Source: Nitrosopumilus sp. (GTDB lineage: Archaea > Thermoproteota > Nitrososphaeria > Nitrososphaerales > Nitrosopumilaceae). Taken from it: DNA of 64,000 bases. Positions 59,042-64,000 of this stretch are shown piece after piece. The position numbers were made by a program, and so were the translations under genes. The DNA is taken from positions 1,472,001 through 1,536,000 of the forward strand of contig OZ242041.1 in assembly GCA_965205215.1 (NCBI GenBank), read 5' to 3'. The notes beneath the pieces are model-generated. The model saw only the letters and a program-made list of their open reading frames with translations, had not been told where the DNA came from and made no database searches. Each line of letters begins with the position of its first letter. The stretch's first letter is position 1.

Positions 59042-59956
59042 TCAGATGACAGTCAGCCACTGCCTGAACCTGCTGTCCCTGCCCGCTACGACATCTGCAA
59101 ACGACTTTTGCAATCCTTTTGTAATTCGTCCCATGCGGCCTGTCCCGATTCTGGCCCTGTCTACCTGCGTGACCGACCTTATCTCTGCGACCGTGCCTGT
59201 CATGAACACCTCGTCCGCGACATACAGGTCGTCCCTGTACAAGTCGTACTCTGCGACATCCATCCCGTCGGCCTCTGCTATTCGCATCACGCTGTCCCTC
59301 GTGATGCCGTCCAGGCATCCAGTCGAGAGCGGCGGCGTCAGTATCGAGCCGTCCCTGCATACGAATATGTTCTCGACGCAGCCTTCTGCCACCCTGCCGT
59401 CTGTGTTCAGTATGATGGCCTCGTCGTACCCGTTCTCAGATGCCTCGATCCTTGCGAGTGTGGCACTAGAGTAGTTGGCGGCCACCTTTGCCTGTATGGG
59501 CTGGGCCCTAGGGTCTATCCTGACCCAGCTTGACACCATGCATCTTGCGCCGGAAAACTTGCCGGCCTTCGATTCGCCCATCTTCCAGGGCCAGCACGAT
59601 ATGGAGAGATCAACCTTGTTCCTTGTAGGCGTGAGGCCCATCTCGCCGTACCCGTAGTATGCCAGGGGGCGTATGTAGCCCTCCTTGAGCCCGCACGCGC
59701 GCACCGTATCGATTATGGCATCGAGGACCTGTCGCCTGGTGTATCTGAGCTTCATAGAGTATGTCTTGGCCGAGCGGAACAGCCTCTCTACGTGATCCTC
59801 AAGCCTGAATATTGCGGGGCCTTCGCGCGTATTGTAGTACCTGATGCCGTCAAATACCGCCGTGGAGTAGTGCAGTGCATGCGTCAAGACGTGCACCTTT
59901 GCATCCCGAAACGGCACCAGGCGGCCGTCCATCCATATCTTGCGGGATTCCTTCAT
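59042..59956 (-). CDS. ilvE: Branched-chain amino acid aminotransferase (fold IV), atypical active-site motifs
   Basis: THALHY, HVERLFRSA, YIRP, AKVAANY, GITRDSV, ADEVFMTGT. Confidence 0.88.
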   Translation of the reverse strand: MKESRKIWMDGRLVPFRDAKVHVLTHALHYSTAVFDGIRYYNTREGPAIFRLEDHVERLFRSAKTYSMKLRYTRRQVLDAIIDTVRACGLKEGYIRPLAYYGYGEMGLTPTRNKVDLSISCWPWKMGESKAGKFSGARCMVSSWVRIDPRAQPIQAKVAANYSSATLARIEASENGYDEAIILNTDGRVAEGCVENIFVCRDGSILTPPLSTGCLDGITRDSVMRIAEADGMDVAEYDLYRDDLYVADEVFMTGTVAEIRSVTQVDRARIGTGRMGRITKGLQKSFADVVAGRDSRFRQWLTVI

Positions 59957-60294
59957 GGTGGGCGTTACGGATGTGTTGTTTAAATAGGTGTTAATGTGTG
60001 GCTGCACACTAGTGACCGCGCTTCGCGTCGTCTTGTCGGCGCCTTTCTGTGCAGGTGCGGGCGCAAGCGTGTTGTTGCTGATCTTCCCCAAGCCCTGCCA
60101 GTAAAACGCGTACCGTGCCAAACGGACACAGGGCTGGCCCCCTATTGCAGATCACAGGCAGGATGCGCGGCATGTCCCAGCGGCAGCAGCAACAGCAACA
60201 GCAACGGCAAAACCTATCATCTGCATCACAGGACCGGCAGGCCCGGCCTCTGGCGGTGTCCTTTCGTCGAGGTTGCTCGGACGCGCGGCCGTCG

Positions 60295-61431
60295 CTAGTC
60301 TTGCTCTTCGCCAAGGACCTCGCGCGTGATCAGCAGCAGCTGCGCGTCGGTAATCCTCTCTCCCCGGTCGGCCGATGCCTTGACCCGGTCTAGGATCCGC
60401 CTCGACTGCCCCTCTGTCGGTCTGATGCCATAGTTTCCCAGGGCGGCGTTCAGTCCCAGGACTCCGGTGTGTTTCCCCACGTAGATCTGGTGCTTTCGCC
60501 CCACTAGTTCGGGACTGAACGGCTCGTATGTCATCTGATTGTCCAGCATGGCATCGGTGTGAATCTCATCCTCGTGGCTAAACGCATTGTCGCCTACGAC
60601 CGCCTTGTTCGGCTGCACCTGTATTCCCATAACTTTTGATATGAACCTTGACGTGTCATAGATCAGCTCGGACTTTATCCCCGTCTCGTACTTTTGATCA
60701 TACCGGAGGCACTTTAGCGCCATTGCAAGCTCCTCTAGCGACGCGTTCCCGGCCCTCTCCCCGATCCCGTTGATCGTCACCTGCGCGCAAAAGGCCCCGG
60801 CCCTGATTCCAGACAGCGTGTTTGCCACCGCCAGCCCAAAGTCGTTGTGACAGTGGACACTTACCGGGGTGCCGGCCGCGGCAGATACGGCGTCGCGCGT
60901 GAGTTCGGCCATGTACTCCGGGGTGGCGCATCCGGTAGTATCCGGAATGGTAACTGTATAGGCCCCTGCCTTTGCAACCTCGCCAAGTATGTCCCTCAAG
61001 AACCCCCTCTCGGTCCTTGTCGCGTCCACCGCCCCGAACTCCACCTTCAGCCCCCTGGACTTTGCATACTCGACTGCCTCGATTGCCTGTTCAATCGCAT
61101 GGGCCTTGGTCATTTCGCGGTTGTGTCTTAGGTGAATGTCCGAGGTCGCAACAAAGGTGTTGATGTAACTCAGCCCCGTGTCGGCGGCAACGTCGATGTC
61201 CCTTTTGTTGGCCCTTGTCATTCCGCAGATTTCAGACGACAGTCCTTCGCCGGTTATCATCCTTGCCGCCTGCCGCTCGCCCTCCGAGGTCGTCGGAAAG
61301 CCGGCCTCGATTACGTCCACACCCAGGGCGTCAAGTCTTTTTGCGATTTCGAGTTTTTGATCAGGGGTCAGTGATATCCCGACTGTCTGCTCCCCGTCTC
61401 GCAGCGTGGTGTCAAAGATTCGGATCCTCAT
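60295..61431 (-). CDS. 2-isopropylmalate synthase-like DRE-TIM enzyme lacking the regulatory domain
   Basis: [33 protein letters not shown]; only 378 aa. Confidence 0.88.
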   Translation of the reverse strand: MRIRIFDTTLRDGEQTVGISLTPDQKLEIAKRLDALGVDVIEAGFPTTSEGERQAARMITGEGLSSEICGMTRANKRDIDVAADTGLSYINTFVATSDIHLRHNREMTKAHAIEQAIEAVEYAKSRGLKVEFGAVDATRTERGFLRDILGEVAKAGAYTVTIPDTTGCATPEYMAELTRDAVSAAAGTPVSVHCHNDFGLAVANTLSGIRAGAFCAQVTINGIGERAGNASLEELAMALKCLRYDQKYETGIKSELIYDTSRFISKVMGIQVQPNKAVVGDNAFSHEDEIHTDAMLDNQMTYEPFSPELVGRKHQIYVGKHTGVLGLNAALGNYGIRPTEGQSRRILDRVKASADRGERITDAQLLLITREVLGEEQD

Positions 61432-61969
61432 GCCCTCACCATATCAAACTTGACCCGCTTAGTTTGCCGACAGATGCCGGACGGTTGGCCCGGGAGCTGC
61501 CCAAACCATGCGCCGCAAAAACAACGGCGTCGCGCCCTGTTCTGTCTACCGGCCAGCTCCAAGACCGACTTGTCATGTATGGTGCAACGGCGCTCCGCCG
61601 TGACATCCAAAAAGCCGTTCCCCCCACGCGGCCGTGGTTTGCGAACATCCCATACACCAGTGACAGCATCGCGTGGCACAAATTTAACTATAGCTGTGCA
61701 TTGAGGCTGGAAACTCTTGGCGACCCGCCCAGTGTTACTTTCGTCCTTGTGCTTTTTGCGAATAATCCCCTCTGTCTTTGGCGGGCCTAGCTTTCCCACT
61801 GCCCGGAATCTCGGATTTTTGACGTGACGTCACTTGGATAAACTCTGTTTTCTAATTTTTTCCTCTACCTCCACCCCCCCCCCCTCTCCCCCCCTCCCTC
61901 CCTCCCTCACCCACGCACGCACGCTCCCCGTACAGTGCGTTTATCAGCGCCTTTCCCTACGCATCTGCA

Positions 61970-62860
61970 GTGTACAGCGCAATCGCAGACGGCATTACGT
62001 CCGTAAAGAGGGAGATGTCCAAGAGTTACTCCGGAAGAGCTCACATACAGGAGGCGCTTCCCGTAAGACCGTCAAATGAGGCATTCCCAATCGAAGAGTC
62101 TCACCTGAGGGCCCTCCACGGGTTTGCCGCGTCCAACCCGATATACCACGGCTCGTTCCGGCAGGATCTGGCGGGCACGGAGTGCACCATATACGAGGGG
62201 GACATAAACGAGTACTGGCTTGGCAGCATAAAGCACGGGACAAGCTGCCAGCCGTTCTATCCCACGTGGCTGGCTTCTGCGTACGTCCTGGCCGCGGCCG
62301 CCAAGGGGTTTGGATGCACCGAACTTGTCGACATCGGGTCAGGCGACGGACGCATCGCGTTTTGCGCCGCCCTGCTTGGAATGAAGGCGTACAGCATAGA
62401 GATAGACGACTCGCTTGTCAAACTTCAAGAGGAGGTGGCGGCCTCGACGGGGACGGACTTCGGCCCCGTATGCATGGACGCGCTTGCGGCGGACTACGGC
62501 GGCATGGATATCTCGAGGCCCGCGTTTGCCGTGGGAGGACTGCCGCAGATGGGCGGGGAGATGCTGGTAGAGGGACTGCTTGAAAAGATCGAAGACTGTG
62601 GCGACTCCGTCATGTCGGAGGCCGTCGTGATACTTGCAGGCGAGGGGGACAGCAGCGGCCCCGCAGCAAGGAGGAGAAGAGAGGGAACGGGCGGCCTGGG
62701 AGGATGGGAGTCCACAATAGCAAAGTACGGACTGTCGGCAAGGCGCGTGATAAACCTTCCGACTGTCTGGACGTTTGATCAGGATAAAGAGACGCCCTAC
62801 ATATTCGCCGGGCTTGCGGGGTCCTCGGAGACACCTGGCGTGGAGACCTCGAATACGTAG
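61970..62860 (+). CDS. Putative class I SAM-dependent methyltransferase
   Basis: FYPTW, LVDIGSGDGRI, SIEID. Confidence 0.75.
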   Translation: MYSAIADGITSVKREMSKSYSGRAHIQEALPVRPSNEAFPIEESHLRALHGFAASNPIYHGSFRQDLAGTECTIYEGDINEYWLGSIKHGTSCQPFYPTWLASAYVLAAAAKGFGCTELVDIGSGDGRIAFCAALLGMKAYSIEIDDSLVKLQEEVAASTGTDFGPVCMDALAADYGGMDISRPAFAVGGLPQMGGEMLVEGLLEKIEDCGDSVMSEAVVILAGEGDSSGPAARRRREGTGGLGGWESTIAKYGLSARRVINLPTVWTFDQDKETPYIFAGLAGSSETPGVETSNT

Positions 62861-63240
62861 CCCGATCCGTTTGGGCCCATGCCACAGGAGCTCAGCACCA
62901 CCAAGTCGCCAGGCGCCGGCGGCGTGGGCGCCACAAGCCGTGCAATCAGCCGTATGCCGCACTCGAATGCAACCAGACAGAAGAACGAGCGCCTAACGCT
63001 GCTGTTGCCGGGGAGCCGCCCGACAGGCATTTCCATGCTGCACTCTACTATGCGGCCCCGCAGCCTCTTGCCGCCGTCGCCGTCGCCATCGCCGTATCCG
63101 GACCCAAGCCGGACCCCGCCAAGGCAGACACTGCAGAACTCTGACGGGGGCCATACGGCCGCGCCGCATTCTGTGCATTCGGGCACCCTGAACAGCCCGC
63201 GCCCAATGGCTTGCTCAAACTCAGAGAGTACCGCGCTCAT
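62797..63240 (-). CDS. DUF35 (zinc-ribbon + OB-fold) thiolase partner
   Basis: ECTECG..WPP..FCSVC; ATGA-coupled to the thiolase. Confidence 0.85.
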   Translation of the reverse strand: MSAVLSEFEQAIGRGLFRVPECTECGAAVWPPSEFCSVCLGGVRLGSGYGDGDGDGGKRLRGRIVECSMEMPVGRLPGNSSVRRSFFCLVAFECGIRLIARLVAPTPPAPGDLVVLSSCGMGPNGSGYVFEVSTPGVSEDPASPANM

Positions 63241-64000
63241 CGTACCATCACCAGTGCGGTAGACGAGGTGCCGGCGGCCGCCATGTTGTGGACCAGTCCG
63301 ACCTCGGGGTCGTCCGCCTGCCTGCCGCGGGCCTGGCGCCACAGCTGCCGTGCAACCTCGGCTGCCTGCGCAAGCCCAGTCGCCCCCAGCGGATGTCCCG
63401 AGCCGATCAGTCCCCCGCGAGGGTTTACCCGGCGGCTTGCAGTCTCGTACAGCTCCCGGCTGGCCGCGGCGCCCCTGCCAGGCTCCGCCATGCCGAGCGC
63501 CTCGAGTATCATCGGCTCGCACACCGAGAACGCATCGTGTATCTCCGCAACGTCCACATCTGATATCGACAGGGCCGCGCCGCCCCCGCGCGCCACGCCA
63601 CCGTTCCTGCTTCCGGCCATCCGCAGGGCGTCGCGGCACGCCATCCTGGCAGACTCGATGCGCGAAAGCTCAGGGTGCTTGGCAAACCCGGCCGACGTGA
63701 CGCTCTGTCCTACACCCGCTATCAACACGGGGTCGTCCGTGTATCTGCCGGCGGCGTCTTCGGATGCAATCAGTATCGACGCCCCTCCCGTGCAGGGCCG
63801 GGAGCAGTCAAGCAGCCTGAGGTCCCCGGTCAGGCGCCTTGAGCCGGCCACGTCCTTTGCCGTCGGAGTTGCTTCCGGCCGCAGCGCGTCCGGGTTTGAA
63901 CTCGCATTCGCGTATGCGCGCGCCGGCACTACGGCCAGATCGTCATCGGAGACTCCAAACGCCCTCTTGTAGCCGCTCGTGAGCAGGGACGCCCAGTATA
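63237..64000 (-). CDS. Thiolase (SCP2-type acetyl-CoA acetyltransferase), 5' partial
   Basis: AEIHDAF, NPRGGL..GHPLGATG, HNM. Confidence 0.92.
   Translation of the reverse strand, partial: YWASLLTSGYKRAFGVSDDDLAVVPARAYANASSNPDALRPEATPTAKDVAGSRRLTGDLRLLDCSRPCTGGASILIASEDAAGRYTDDPVLIAGVGQSVTSAGFAKHPELSRIESARMACRDALRMAGSRNGGVARGGGAALSISDVDVAEIHDAFSVCEPMILEALGMAEPGRGAAASRELYETASRRVNPRGGLIGSGHPLGATGLAQAAEVARQLWRQARGRQADDPEVGLVHNMAAAGTSSTALVMVR

Noticed and set aside
61428-61799. 123-aa ORF overlapping the start of the LeuA paralog
   Set aside because: No recognisable motifs and atypical composition; unsupported.

Overview
This is an archaeal chromosome segment from Nitrososphaerota (Thaumarchaeota), most likely a GC-rich Nitrosopumilaceae/Cenarchaeum-like lineage. 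A sponge-symbiont lifestyle is inferred from the GC content, the IS element, the FN3/beta-propeller fragment and the repeat-expanded secreted proteins. Core content: a ribosomal protein cluster (rpl3 to rpl6), tRNA-Asn, type II GAPDH, HMG-CoA synthase, thiolase/DUF35, bioD/A/B/F, ccdA plus a redoxin, a CdvB (ESCRT-III) paralog, psmA, thrC and an FTR1 iron-uptake pair. Accessory content: an intact IS5-family element with terminal inverted repeats and a target-site duplication, an AbiE-like toxin-antitoxin pair with a transposase remnant inside the biotin cluster, and several microproteins missed by the ORF track. Two candidate novel systems stand out. (1) A LeuA paralog lacking its regulatory domain and with a remodelled substrate pocket lies beside an IlvE-like aminotransferase with altered active-site motifs, possibly a non-canonical amino-acid chain-elongation module. 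(2) Exported ligand-binding arrays: 10x Cache and 4x Cache plus SBP, both with no signalling output, and a tandem type-1 PBP protein whose C-terminus lies outside the window. All family assignments come from motif recognition by eye, not from database searches.
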